Part shown: one piece after another, positions 1 to 10,041 of the stretch
How positions within the stretch are numbered: the first letter of the stretch is position 1
Layout: each line of letters opens with the position of its first letter
Source: Bacteroidaceae bacterium
GTDB lineage: Bacteria > Actinomycetota > Coriobacteriia > Coriobacteriales > Coriobacteriaceae
Length of the DNA stretch: 64,000 bases
Direction: 5' to 3'
Assembly: GCA_963617695.1 (NCBI GenBank)
Contig: CAVEPV010000004.1
Location: 26,834 to 90,833, forward strand
Made by a program: the position numbers and the translations under genes
The notes under the pieces: generated by a model
What the model was told of the DNA's origin: nothing
Seen by the model: the letters and a program-made list of their open reading frames with translations, nothing else
Database searches by the model: none

Positions 1-28
1 ACAACAACTAAGCGGAGAAAGGGACGCG

Positions 29-1102
29 ATGCAGACCATTTCCGTCACCACCGAATCCAGGGCCTATGATGTGCTCGTGGGCAAAGGGATCCTTGACCTT
101 GCTGGCAAGAAGACGCGCGAGACGGCAGCCGGCACCCGCGCGATGATCGTAACGAACACCGACGTCGAGCCGCTCTATGCCCAAGCCGTCCAGGAATCGC
201 TCGAGCGCGCAGACTACGTTGTCACCAGGCATGTGGTTAAATCGACCGAAGCTGTGAAGAATATGGGCGAGCTTACGCTCCTGCTCGAGGACATGGCCGA
301 ACAGCAGATGACCCGCGATGACGTCGTGATTGCACTCGGTGGCGGCGTGGTCGGCGACCTTGCGGGCTTTGCCGCGGCAACCTACATGCGCGGATGCAAG
401 GCCGTACAGGTGCCGACAAGCCTGCTCGCCATGGTCGACTCCTCCGTGGGCGGTAAGACGGCGGTCGATCTTGCACACGGCAAGAATCTAGCCGGTGCGT
501 TCTTCCAGCCCCGCTGCGTTATCGCGAGCATTGAGTGCCTCGACACGATCTCTCTCGACCTGTTTGCCGACAGCTGCGGAGAGGTCATCAAGTACGGCGT
601 GATGTGCGATCCGGAGCTGTTCTATGACCTTGAGGCCGCGCCGCTCACCGCATCGAAGCTCGATCACGAGCGCCTTGAGCGCGTTATCGCCCGCTGCGTT
701 GCGATCAAGCGCGACGTCGTGAACGCGGATGAGCACGAGACGGGTCTGAGGCAGACGCTCAACCTTGGCCACACGATCGGACACGCTGTGGAGAGCGCAA
801 ACGGGTACGAGCTTGGCCACGGTTCCTGTGTTGCCGCCGGCATGTGCATCATGGCGCGCGCATGCGCGGCCAAAGGTTGGTGCTCGCAGGAAACAGCCTC
901 ACGCATCGAGGCTACGGTCGCCGCGCACGGCCTGCCCACAAACAGCGAGTTTGACGCGGACACGCTGTACCGCTGCGCTCTTTCTGACAAGAAGCGCCAC
1001 GGTGACACGATGAACATCATCGCCATCGAGAGCATCGGTCACGTCTACGTTCGCACCGTTTCCCTCGACGAGTTCAAAGAACTGATTGCCCTCGGGCTCT
1101 AG
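29..1102 (+). CDS. aroB: 3-dehydroquinate synthase
   Basis: GGGVVGDLAGF, PTSLLAMVDSSVGGKT, GEVIKY, LNLGHTIGHA, HG and DKK motifs intact; SD-like GAAAGGG upstream. Confidence 0.96.
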   Translation: MQTISVTTESRAYDVLVGKGILDLAGKKTRETAAGTRAMIVTNTDVEPLYAQAVQESLERADYVVTRHVVKSTEAVKNMGELTLLLEDMAEQQMTRDDVVIALGGGVVGDLAGFAAATYMRGCKAVQVPTSLLAMVDSSVGGKTAVDLAHGKNLAGAFFQPRCVIASIECLDTISLDLFADSCGEVIKYGVMCDPELFYDLEAAPLTASKLDHERLERVIARCVAIKRDVVNADEHETGLRQTLNLGHTIGHAVESANGYELGHGSCVAAGMCIMARACAAKGWCSQETASRIEATVAAHGLPTNSEFDADTLYRCALSDKKRHGDTMNIIAIESIGHVYVRTVSLDEFKELIALGL

Positions 1103-1118
1103 AGCACAAGGTAGGACC

Positions 1119-2438
1119 ATGAAAGCGATTATCAGCCCCAAGCCCCTAGCCGGAACCGTTCCCGCTATCGCCTCGAAATCGATGGCGCACCGGCTCATCA
1201 TTGCCGCAGCTCTGGCCTCTGGCCCCACGCACGTGATCTGCAACACCACCTGTGCGGACATCGATGCCACAGTGCGCTGCTTGGAAGCCCTCGGAGCCAA
1301 GATCGATGTCGATTCGGACGGCTACACCGTTCATCCCGTCCCCAAGAGCACCGAGTTCGGCCTGCTCAAGGCACTCCACGGGGCTCTGCTCGACTGCGGT
1401 GAGTCCGGCTCGACGCTTCGCTTCATGCTCCCCGTCGCCTGTGCGCTTGGAGCGCAAGCCTCCTTCACCGGAGCCGGTCGCTTGGGTTCTCGCCCCTTGG
1501 CTCCCCTTTCCGATGAAATCATCGCCGCCGGCTGCGACCTTGAGGGCCTGGGCGATTTTCCGCTCAAAACCCGCGGTCGCATGCGCGCAGGTAGGTTCGT
1601 TCTTCCCGGTGACGTAAGCTCTCAATACATTTCCGGCCTGCTTTTGGCCTTCCCGCTTCTCGACGGGGCAAGTTCAGTCGAGGTCCAGGGCCGCATCGAA
1701 AGCAGACCGTATGTGAACCTGACAATCCAAGCCCTTAAGGCCTTCGGCGTCGAAGTGAACGTCGAGCACATCGACGCCGCGCCAAGCACCCCCGAGGCTA
1801 CGCGCTTTAGCGTCTCGAGCCGCGGTTACCGCACGCCCGGTACCGTGTCGGTCGAGGGCGACTGGTCCAACGCCGCCTTTTGGCTTTGCGCAGGTGCGCT
1901 GAGCCGACACCCGGTTACTGTCGCAGGCGTCTCGCTCAACTCCGCCCAGGGTGACCGCAACGTCATGGCCGCGCTCTCCCGTTTTGGTGCCAAGATCCTA
2001 CGTGCGCCCAACAAGGCGACCGCTCAGCCCGATAACCTCAAGGGCTTCACGATGAGCGCTCAAGACATTCCCGACTTGGTGCCTGTCATCTCCGCAGTCG
2101 CCGCGTGCGCCGAGGGAACGACGATCATCCGCGACTGCGCACGTCTGCGTATCAAGGAATCCGACCGTCTCGCCACCACGGCTTCTGAGCTAAACGCTCT
2201 GGGCGCACATGTGACCGTTGAGGGCGACAGCCTAAAGATTGAGGGCACCCCGCGTTTGACGGGAGGCACAGTCGACTCGCACAACGATCATCGCATTGCG
2301 ATGATGGCGGCTGTCGCCGCAACGCGTTGCGATGCTCCTGTGACCATTTGCGGCGCCCAGGCCGTAAACAAATCCTACCCCGACTTCTTTGCGCACTATG
2401 GCCTTCTGGGCGGCAACGTCCAGCTCATTGAGGAGTAG
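1119..2438 (+). CDS. aroA: 3-phosphoshikimate 1-carboxyvinyltransferase (EPSP synthase)
   Basis: SKSMAHR, DCGESGSTLRF, SSQYISGLL, RIKESDRL, DHRIAM, KSYPDF; start moved to ATG 1119. Confidence 0.96.
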   Translation: MKAIISPKPLAGTVPAIASKSMAHRLIIAAALASGPTHVICNTTCADIDATVRCLEALGAKIDVDSDGYTVHPVPKSTEFGLLKALHGALLDCGESGSTLRFMLPVACALGAQASFTGAGRLGSRPLAPLSDEIIAAGCDLEGLGDFPLKTRGRMRAGRFVLPGDVSSQYISGLLLAFPLLDGASSVEVQGRIESRPYVNLTIQALKAFGVEVNVEHIDAAPSTPEATRFSVSSRGYRTPGTVSVEGDWSNAAFWLCAGALSRHPVTVAGVSLNSAQGDRNVMAALSRFGAKILRAPNKATAQPDNLKGFTMSAQDIPDLVPVISAVAACAEGTTIIRDCARLRIKESDRLATTASELNALGAHVTVEGDSLKIEGTPRLTGGTVDSHNDHRIAMMAAVAATRCDAPVTICGAQAVNKSYPDFFAHYGLLGGNVQLIEE

Positions 2439-2441
2439 CCC

Positions 2442-3569
2442 ATGGCATCCACGTACGGTCATTCGCTGCACCTGAGCATCTTTGGCCAGTCCCACTCAGA
2501 GGCCATAGGATGTTCCCTTGACGGCATGCCGGCGGGCGTGCCCATCGACCTTGACGCCCTGCAAGCTTTTTGCGACAGGCGCGCCCCAGGGCGCGACGAG
2601 ACGGCGACCAAACGCAAGGAGGCCGACCGCGTACATGTGCTCTGCGGTCTCAGTGAGGGTCACACCTGCGGCGCTCCCCTTGCCGCCGTTATCGAAAACA
2701 CCAACACGAGGTCTGCCGATTACAACGGTCTTCGTCGTGTTCCGCGACCGGGGCATGCCGACTGGCCGGCCTACGTTCGTTACGGCAACTGGCACGACGT
2801 TGCCGGTGGCGGGCACTTCTCCGGACGCCTCACCGCGCCTCTGTGCATCGCCGGCGGCATCGCGATCCAGACCCTCGAGCAGAAGGGCATTCGGGTTTCC
2901 GCTCATATTCAGCAGGTGGCCGGTATCGAAGACACCCGCCTGAACGACCTTGCATTCGACGAGGCCCAGCGCACAGCCGTCCTTGAAAACAGTCTCCCCT
3001 GTATCGATGAGTCCGCCGCACAGTCCATGAGGCAGGCCATTCTCGCCGCGCGCGACGAACTTGACTCCGTAGGCGGCATTGTCGAGTGCGCCGTATACGG
3101 AGTTCCCGCCGGCATAGGCGATCCGATGTTCGACGGCATTGAGAATCGTATCGGCCAGATTGCATTTGGCATCCCCGCTGTAAAAGGCGTGGAATTCGGC
3201 GCGGGTTTTGCCGTTGCGAACATGCGAGGCAGCCAGGATAACGATCCCTACCGTATCCAGAACGACACGGTCGTGTCTACGACAAACAACGCCGGCGGCG
3301 CTCTGGGCGGTATCACCACCGGCGCCCCTATCGTATTTAGACTTGCTTTCAAGCCCACCCCTTCCATCGCGAAGGAGCAGCTGAGTGTTGACCTTGAGGA
3401 AAGCTGCGACACCGAGCTTTCCATCCACGGCCGCCATGATCCCTGCATCGTTGCGCGTGCCGTCCCCGTCGTCGAGGCGGCGGCGGCGCTTGCCGTGCTC
3501 GACGCGATGCTTGACGATGGCCGATTCTTTGTAGCGCCCCGCAGCGGCAGCGCCCCTGCGTGCCTGTAG
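2442..3569 (+). CDS. aroC: chorismate synthase
   Basis: FGQSH, RPGHAD, GGGHFSGR, DSVGG, IPAVKGVEFG, NNAGG.LGG, KPTPSI, GRHDPCI. Confidence 0.96.
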   Translation: MASTYGHSLHLSIFGQSHSEAIGCSLDGMPAGVPIDLDALQAFCDRRAPGRDETATKRKEADRVHVLCGLSEGHTCGAPLAAVIENTNTRSADYNGLRRVPRPGHADWPAYVRYGNWHDVAGGGHFSGRLTAPLCIAGGIAIQTLEQKGIRVSAHIQQVAGIEDTRLNDLAFDEAQRTAVLENSLPCIDESAAQSMRQAILAARDELDSVGGIVECAVYGVPAGIGDPMFDGIENRIGQIAFGIPAVKGVEFGAGFAVANMRGSQDNDPYRIQNDTVVSTTNNAGGALGGITTGAPIVFRLAFKPTPSIAKEQLSVDLEESCDTELSIHGRHDPCIVARAVPVVEAAAALAVLDAMLDDGRFFVAPRSGSAPACL

Positions 3570-3602
3570 CCCACCTTTCCAACAACGTTCCGGAGTTGAC
3601 CC

Positions 3603-4748
3603 ATGGATCTATCTGAAGTACGCACCCAGATCGACGAGATCGATTCCCAGCTCCTCGAGCTCTTTGAACAGCGCATGGACCTGGCTCGCTGCGTTGCCGA
3701 GGCAAAGCGCGGAATGAAGAAGGCAGTCTTTGACCCCGCTCGCGAGCGCGATAAGCTCTCGAGCCTCATGGGCCGCGCCCCCGTTGAGCTGCAGCCCCAG
3801 GTGCATTCGCTGTTCTCCCTGCTTATGACCATGAACAAAGCCGAGCAGCAACGCATCCTGCACGATGGCGATCCCGAGGCGCTTTCTACCCGTGCCCACA
3901 AGGCAATGCTTCCCGTCGACACATGCTTTCCCGCCCTTGCCCACGTAGCGTGCCAGGGCGTGGAGGGCGCATACAGCCAGATTGCTGCATGCAAGCTTTT
4001 CGACGTGCCAACCATCAGCTACTTCACGAACTTTGAAGGTGTTTTCAAAGCCGTCCAGAGTGGATTTTGCGAGTTCGGCGTCCTGCCCATCGAGAATTCC
4101 ACGGCCGGCTCGGTCAACCAGGTGTACGACCTGCTTGCTAAGTACCGCTTCCACATTGTTCGCGGTCTTCGTCTCAAAATCGACCATCAGCTGCTTGCCA
4201 AACCCGGCACGCGCCTTGAGGACGTCAAAGAGATCTGCTCCCATCAGCAGGCAATCGCGCAGTGTGCATCCTATATCGAGGAGCTTGGCGCCGAAGTTAC
4301 CGTGATGGAGAACACGGCCATGGCCGCCCAGGCTGTCGCGCACTCCGAGCGCAATGACCTGGCCGCGCTTTCCTCGCGCGCGTGTGCGGAGCTTTACGGG
4401 CTCGATACGCTCGCCGCCGACGTGCAGGACACCGATTCCAACTACACACGCTTTGTGGTCATCTCCGCAACTCCGCAGATCTACCCGGGCGCCAACAAGA
4501 CTTCACTGTTGGTCACGCTTAAGCATGAGCCCGGCTCGCTCTACCGCGTGCTCGAGCGCTTCTACGCCCTCAACATCAACCTGGTCAAACTTGAAAGCCG
4601 CCCCATTCCCGGTCGTGATTTCGAGTTCAGGTTCTACTTTGACCTCGAGACTCCCGCAGGCTCCGATGCCCTCGATGAGCTGCTCGACTCTCTTGATGAG
4701 ATCTGCGACAAAGCCGTCTACTTTGGAACCTACACGGAGGTGCTGTAA
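3603..4748 (+). CDS. pheA: bifunctional chorismate mutase / prephenate dehydratase
   Basis: N-terminal CM2 domain (R..ID.ID..L..L..R), QG..GAYS, PIENSTAGSV, NYTRF, C-terminal ACT with LESRP. Confidence 0.93.
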   Translation: MDLSEVRTQIDEIDSQLLELFEQRMDLARCVAEAKRGMKKAVFDPARERDKLSSLMGRAPVELQPQVHSLFSLLMTMNKAEQQRILHDGDPEALSTRAHKAMLPVDTCFPALAHVACQGVEGAYSQIAACKLFDVPTISYFTNFEGVFKAVQSGFCEFGVLPIENSTAGSVNQVYDLLAKYRFHIVRGLRLKIDHQLLAKPGTRLEDVKEICSHQQAIAQCASYIEELGAEVTVMENTAMAAQAVAHSERNDLAALSSRACAELYGLDTLAADVQDTDSNYTRFVVISATPQIYPGANKTSLLVTLKHEPGSLYRVLERFYALNINLVKLESRPIPGRDFEFRFYFDLETPAGSDALDELLDSLDEICDKAVYFGTYTEVL

Positions 4749-5986
4749 TGGCCGACCGCCCTTATGGAGTTCTTGGCCGCGTACTCGGCCACTCCTACAC
4801 CCCCACCATCTACAAAGAGCTGGCCGGCATGGACTACCGCCGTTTCGAGCGCGAGCCAGAGGAGCTCGAAGCGTTCATCCGCGGCAACGAGTGGGAAGGC
4901 GTTAACGTCACCATCCCCTACAAGCGTGCCGTCATGGAATATCTCGATGAACTGAGCCCCATCGCCGAGCGCCTAGGCAACGTCAACACCATCGTTCGTC
5001 TACCCGATGGTCGCCTGCGCGGCGACAACACCGATTACTACGGTTTCAAATGCTTGGTAGAGTCACTCAAGATGGACGTTTCCGGCATGCGTGCCGTTGT
5101 CTTTGGCGGAACCGGAGGGGCGGGAGCCACGATTCTCACCGTGCTTGCCGACATGGGTGTTGACGCCATCCCAGTAAGCCGCTCCGGCGAGATCACCTAT
5201 GACGACCTCGACAAGCTTGAGAACATTGAACTTGCCGTGAACTGCACCCCCGTTGGCATGTACCCGCATTGCCCGGACGCACCGTGCTCGTTCGACTCCT
5301 TCACCGGCCTCAAAGCCGTCCTCGATATTGTCTACAACCCGGCGCGCACAGGGCTTATCCTCGAGGCCGAGCGCCGCGGGATTTCCTGCGCCAGCGGTCT
5401 TTTGATGCTTGTAGGCCAGGCTGCAGCTGCCGTTGAGCGCTATACCGGGCAGGTCATTCCGCTCGAGCGCACCATTGAAGTCACCGAGCGTCTCTCTGCT
5501 TCCGTTCAGAACGTCGCCATCATCGGTATGCCCGGCTGCGGTAAAACCCGTGGTGGGCAGGCGCTGGCCGCCCAGCTCGGTCGCACCCACGTTGACATCG
5601 ATCATGCCCTGGAAGAACGACTCGGCTGCAGCTGCTCGGAATACATCAAGGCGAACGGAGAGGACGCATTCAGGGCGCAAGAGACCGCATGTCTGGCCGA
5701 GGTTGCCGCGCACAGCGGACAGGTTATCTCTTGCGGCGGAGGCGTTGTCATGCGTCCTGAGAACTACAACCTCCTGCACCAGAACAGTCTGATCGCGATG
5801 ATCAACCGCCCGCTCAAAGATCTCGCTAAGGGAGGGCGCCCCATCACTGCTCGCGACGGGGTCGATAAACTAGCAGCCATCCGCATGCCGCTCTATTGCG
5901 CTTGGGCAGACATCGAGGTCGACTCCCAATCCACGCCTAAAGAGACCGCAGCTGCGATCGCCAAGCTTCTGCCGCCCATGATCTAG
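4748..5986 (+). CDS. aroE: shikimate dehydrogenase - shikimate kinase fusion
   Basis: N-part GHS..P, NVTIPYK, NVNT, NTD, NCTPVGM, DIVYNP, GLLMLVGQA; C-part GMPGCGKT P-loop, FRAQE, GGGVV, RP, RMPLY. Confidence 0.92.
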   Translation: MADRPYGVLGRVLGHSYTPTIYKELAGMDYRRFEREPEELEAFIRGNEWEGVNVTIPYKRAVMEYLDELSPIAERLGNVNTIVRLPDGRLRGDNTDYYGFKCLVESLKMDVSGMRAVVFGGTGGAGATILTVLADMGVDAIPVSRSGEITYDDLDKLENIELAVNCTPVGMYPHCPDAPCSFDSFTGLKAVLDIVYNPARTGLILEAERRGISCASGLLMLVGQAAAAVERYTGQVIPLERTIEVTERLSASVQNVAIIGMPGCGKTRGGQALAAQLGRTHVDIDHALEERLGCSCSEYIKANGEDAFRAQETACLAEVAAHSGQVISCGGGVVMRPENYNLLHQNSLIAMINRPLKDLAKGGRPITARDGVDKLAAIRMPLYCAWADIEVDSQSTPKETAAAIAKLLPPMI

Positions 5987-5993
5987 GAGCACA

Positions 5994-6437
5994 ATGATGA
6001 AAACACTGGTTATTAACGGCCCAAACATCAATATGCTCGGCATTCGCGAGCCCGACATCTATGGCCGGCAGACCTACAACGACCTGGTCGCCCTCTGTCA
6101 CAAGGCGGGGGTAGACCTCGGTTTTGACGCAGTCGAGGTCTATCAATCGAATCACGAGGGGGCCATTATCGACAAGATCCAGGAGTCCCTGGGGACAGTC
6201 GATGGCATCGTCATCAATCCGGCAGCCTACACGCACACCAGTGTGGGAATCCTCGATGCCCTTAAAGCCGTGCAGATCCCTGCGGTCGAGGTTCATATCT
6301 CCGCCGTGGACGAGCGCGAGTCGTTTAGACAGGTCTCCTACGCTGGCATGGCTTGCTTCGCGCGGGTGACCGGCGAGGGTCTCGATGGTTACCGTCATGC
6401 TCTCGAGCTGCTGAAAGATCATCTCGAAGAGGCCTAA
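5994..6437 (+). CDS. aroQ: type II 3-dehydroquinate dehydratase
   Basis: INGPNINMLGIREPDIYG, QSNHEG, INPAAYTHTS, EVHIS, RESFR. Confidence 0.96.
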   Translation: MMKTLVINGPNINMLGIREPDIYGRQTYNDLVALCHKAGVDLGFDAVEVYQSNHEGAIIDKIQESLGTVDGIVINPAAYTHTSVGILDALKAVQIPAVEVHISAVDERESFRQVSYAGMACFARVTGEGLDGYRHALELLKDHLEEA

Positions 6438-6478
6438 AGGCCACCTGTTGGCTCGGTAGAATTCCTAGCAGGATTCCT

Positions 6479-8110
6479 TTAAAGGGTTCCCGCCTCTACC
6501 AGAAGGGCACGTGCATGTTCGAGAGACGTACTATCGGTATCGCCGGAAAGCATGCGAGAGATCTCGGGCACGCGATCAGCGCCCTCACAGGGAGTAATGG
6601 TTGTCACGGGCGCATCTCCCCCGCTCTTACGCACCAGGTAGTGACGTTGCGCGGCAACCGCGATCTGAGCCGTATGGGTCACAACAATCACTTGGTGTGT
6701 ACGTGCAAGGTCAACAAGAACAGTCGCGAGCGCTCGAGCTGTAACGCCACCGACGCCAGCATCGATTTCATCGAACACCATGGTGTCAACACCGTCGGCT
6801 TGGCCTAGAACCACGCTGCATGACAACATGACGCGAGAGAGCTCACCGCCCGATGCAACACGACGCAACGGACGAGGAGTCAGGCCGGCACCACCGCGAT
6901 ACAGCAGCTCATAAGAGACAGAACCGGACTCAGTCCAGTCCTTTCGATCAAGATCGCGAGCCTGCCAGACCAGCTCGGCAGAACCCATCTCGAGCCGTGC
7001 CATCTGCTTGCCAACCTCGCGACAAAAACGCGGACCGGCAGCAGCACGCTTACGCGCAAGAACGCGAGCGGTCTCGGCTAGAGCGGACTCAGCCTCATCA
7101 AGACGCTTCTGCGCGGCTTTAAGCTGTTCCTCAGAGTTGTCAACGATGGATAGCAGCTCACGCGACTCGTCACGCCGAGCAAACACGTCTTCCATAGTGG
7201 GGCCGAACTGGCGCATAAGACCCTTAAGCGTGGAATAACGCTCCTGTTTGAGGGCAAGATCGGCCGGATCGAAGTCTACATCGTCACGATAGCGCCTCAG
7301 ACCAGAGGCCGCATCCTCGATGTCAATAGCCGCACTCGAGAGGGTGTCGGCGAACTGCATGAGCGCAGCGTCGACAGAACCCATGCGTGAAAGCTCGGCA
7401 ATAGCGCTGTTAAGGGCGTCAAGGGCCCCGCCCTCACCAGAAAGAGCCTCCTGAGCATCATGTGCACAAGTGGCTAGAGTCTCGGCATGCTCGGCACGCG
7501 GAAGCAGCTCCTCAAGCTCCTCGAGCTCACCAGGTTGCGGATCGGCCTCTTCGATCCGCCCAACGCAAAAACGCGCCTCTTCAACACGTGAACCCTGCGC
7601 ATTCGCCGCGCGCTCAAGGCGCTGATAGTCCTTCTTGCACTCCTTGACCGTTGCGAAGGCTTCTCGATAGGCCATAAGCGCAGGCCCGATGGAATCAGCA
7701 GCCCAGGCGTCAACGTAGGCAAGATGCGACGCCGGGTCGAGTAGGCGCTGATGTTCGTGCTGTGCGCACAGGTCGATGGTTGAGCCGACACGCGCAGCAA
7801 GCTCACCGACGCTAGCCATGGTGCCGTCGATCTTCACACGGCTCCTGCCATCAGCAGAAAGACGACGCTGAACCACGCAGCCCTCGGCATCAGTTGGAGA
7901 AAGATAAAAACGACCCTCAACGTCGGCGGCGTTAGCCCCCTCGCGCACCATAGAGGAATCCGCGCGCTCCCCCATCAGCAATTTAAGGGCCGAGAGCAGC
8001 GCCGTCTTACCGGCACCTGTCTCACCCGTCAGTACGGTTAGTCCGCTCGCAGGCTCGATATGGGCGTCCTCGATGAGGGCGAGGTTATGTACATGCAGCT
8101 CATCGATCAT
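6479..8110 (-). CDS. recN: DNA repair protein RecN
   Basis: GETGAGKT Walker A, QHEHQ, ASGGELSR signature, FDEIDAGVGG, VTH; start ATG 8110 overlapping nadK. Confidence 0.95.
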   Translation of the reverse strand: MIDELHVHNLALIEDAHIEPASGLTVLTGETGAGKTALLSALKLLMGERADSSMVREGANAADVEGRFYLSPTDAEGCVVQRRLSADGRSRVKIDGTMASVGELAARVGSTIDLCAQHEHQRLLDPASHLAYVDAWAADSIGPALMAYREAFATVKECKKDYQRLERAANAQGSRVEEARFCVGRIEEADPQPGELEELEELLPRAEHAETLATCAHDAQEALSGEGGALDALNSAIAELSRMGSVDAALMQFADTLSSAAIDIEDAASGLRRYRDDVDFDPADLALKQERYSTLKGLMRQFGPTMEDVFARRDESRELLSIVDNSEEQLKAAQKRLDEAESALAETARVLARKRAAAGPRFCREVGKQMARLEMGSAELVWQARDLDRKDWTESGSVSYELLYRGGAGLTPRPLRRVASGGELSRVMLSCSVVLGQADGVDTMVFDEIDAGVGGVTARALATVLVDLARTHQVIVVTHTAQIAVAAQRHYLVRKSGGDAPVTTITPCEGADRVPEISRMLSGDTDSTSLEHARALLVEAGTL

Positions 8111-8960
8111 TGCGAACACCGTAGAACACGCGCGAGACGGAGTTGTAGAAGCTCTCCGGGCCGTAATCGAGCAGCAGCACATCGGAACAGCCGCGGCTCA
8201 CTACCACGCGCTCAATCTCCCCCTCAGGCGTAATGAACTGCCCGTCCACCGCAATGGCGGGGACAGAGGGGCGATCCTTGGACATAACGACCTCCACTAC
8301 ATCGGAGGGCGACGTCAAGAACGCGCGCGCCTGAATCGTGTGCGGAGCGATGGGGACGCAGACCATGCCAGAGTAGTCGGGGCTCACAATGGGCCCACCG
8401 GCGGAAAGTGCGTATCCGGTCGAGCCGGTAGCCGTGGAAACAACAACACCGTCACCACGCAGGCGGTCAATATGATGCCCTGAAACGCTAATGTCAAATT
8501 CGACCATGTCGGAAAGCGGGCCTCGGGTGAGCGCCATATCGTTGAGCGCAAGAGACTCGGTATGGGCCTCTGACCCGTCCTCGAGAACAGAGATGATGTC
8601 GGTCTTGAGCGTAGAGCGACGACTTACGTGCATCTCGCCGGCCAAGGCATCTTGGACAACACCCAAAATGTCGCGATCCTGCGGGCTTGCCGCCGTAAGA
8701 AAGCCCAGATGACCATACGAAAGGCCAAGAATGGGAATCTCCCTGGTGCCTACAATACGTGCAGCACGTAGAAGCGTTCCGTCGCCGCCGAGTGAGATAA
8801 CAAGCTCGCAACCGTCCAGGTCGGGATCCTGCTGGATATGCGAACGCTGATCTTGCGCCCATAAGACCTCGTAGCCCTGGCGCGTAAGCCAGAGTTCAAG
8901 GGTCAGCCCGCTTTGAACCGCCTCGTCCTTGTAATAGTTGGGAACCAGAAAGACCGTCAC
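8100..8960 (-). CDS. nadK: NAD kinase
   Basis: LGGDGTLL, GHLGFL, ALND, DGVVVSTATGSTGYALSAGGP. Confidence 0.95.
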   Translation of the reverse strand: MTVFLVPNYYKDEAVQSGLTLELWLTRQGYEVLWAQDQRSHIQQDPDLDGCELVISLGGDGTLLRAARIVGTREIPILGLSYGHLGFLTAASPQDRDILGVVQDALAGEMHVSRRSTLKTDIISVLEDGSEAHTESLALNDMALTRGPLSDMVEFDISVSGHHIDRLRGDGVVVSTATGSTGYALSAGGPIVSPDYSGMVCVPIAPHTIQARAFLTSPSDVVEVVMSKDRPSVPAIAVDGQFITPEGEIERVVVSRGCSDVLLLDYGPESFYNSVSRVFYGVRNDR

Positions 8961-9760
8961 AGGGCATTCGCCTCACGTTTCAAATCGTCAATGTGCTGAG
9001 CGAACTCGGGCGCGCGGATCTCATCGGCACGAGCCTTATCACCGTACAAGAAAAACTCGCGGTTTCCCTTGGCGCCGTGGATCGGAGATACGCAGACCCC
9101 AACAGGATAGATTCCCGAATGAGAGAAGAGGTCTATGACCTCGCGCAACACGCGATGGTGCACAGCCGGATCGCGCACGATACCGCCCTCGCCCACCTCA
9201 GCAGCCGAAGCCTCAAACTGAGGCTTGACCAGCGTAATGAACGAACCGGAATCTTTGAGAAGCTCTAGGGTCGCAGGCAGGATCGTTGAGATGCTCGTAA
9301 AGGAGACATCGCAGACAGCAAGGTCAAAAGAGTCGCGCAGGCCAGCAGCGGGCAGATCAACGATGTTTGTACGCTCATGAAGCTCGACGCGTTCGTCGCA
9401 ACGAAGCGACCAGTCGAACTGAGCTCGACCCACATCGACCGAGGTCACACGGGCCGACCCTCTCTTAAGAAGGCAATCGGTAAACCCGCCTGTCGAGCAT
9501 CCGATGTCTAAACAGTTGAGACCCGTGGGATCAAAGGAAAAGGCGTCGAGCGCTCCTTCGAGCTTAAGGCCGCCGCGACCAACATAGGGAAGCCTTCCTT
9601 TGACATGAATTTCGCAGCCGGGGAGCACTTTTACCGCTGCGGAGGTGAGCTTTTCTCCCGAGGAAGAGACGAGCCCTGCCATGCAAAGACGCAGGGCCTC
9701 GTCCTTAGTAGAACAAAAACCCTGCGCAATCAGCTCATCATCCAAACGGACGCGCTTCAT
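8957..9760 (-). CDS. tlyA: TlyA family rRNA 2'-O-methyltransferase
   Basis: S4 domain RLD, GGLKL, DIGCSTGGFTDCLL, DVSFTS, LVKPQFE, SPIHG.KGN.EF; usual tlyA-nadK-recN order. Confidence 0.94.
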   Translation of the reverse strand: MKRVRLDDELIAQGFCSTKDEALRLCMAGLVSSSGEKLTSAAVKVLPGCEIHVKGRLPYVGRGGLKLEGALDAFSFDPTGLNCLDIGCSTGGFTDCLLKRGSARVTSVDVGRAQFDWSLRCDERVELHERTNIVDLPAAGLRDSFDLAVCDVSFTSISTILPATLELLKDSGSFITLVKPQFEASAAEVGEGGIVRDPAVHHRVLREVIDLFSHSGIYPVGVCVSPIHGAKGNREFFLYGDKARADEIRAPEFAQHIDDLKREANAL

Positions 9761-9766
9761 ATCGAG

Positions 9767-10039
9767 TTATTCCGCGGCAGAGGTATCGGCCTCGGCCTGA
9801 GCTTTGGAACCTGCTGCCTCGTCGGAATCAGCCTTCATGTCACCCTCGAGCTGGGCCGCCTCACGGTCAGAAAGCTCAAAGGAATCGACCATCTCAACGG
9901 CCTTAGAACCCAAGGCGATGGCCTCATCGAAAAGATCGAGGCTGCGCTCAAGCGAGGCGTCCTTGGCACGAACGGCGTTAACGATGTCGTCCATGCGGGC
10001 AAGAACATCGTCAAAGGTGCGCGTATTCGTATCGGCCAT
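9767..10039 (-). CDS. xseB: exodeoxyribonuclease VII small subunit
   Basis: TFDDVLARMDDIV...SLERSLDLFDEAIAL pattern; position between nusB and tlyA. Confidence 0.8.
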   Translation of the reverse strand: MADTNTRTFDDVLARMDDIVNAVRAKDASLERSLDLFDEAIALGSKAVEMVDSFELSDREAAQLEGDMKADSDEAAGSKAQAEADTSAAE

Positions 10040-10041
10040 CG

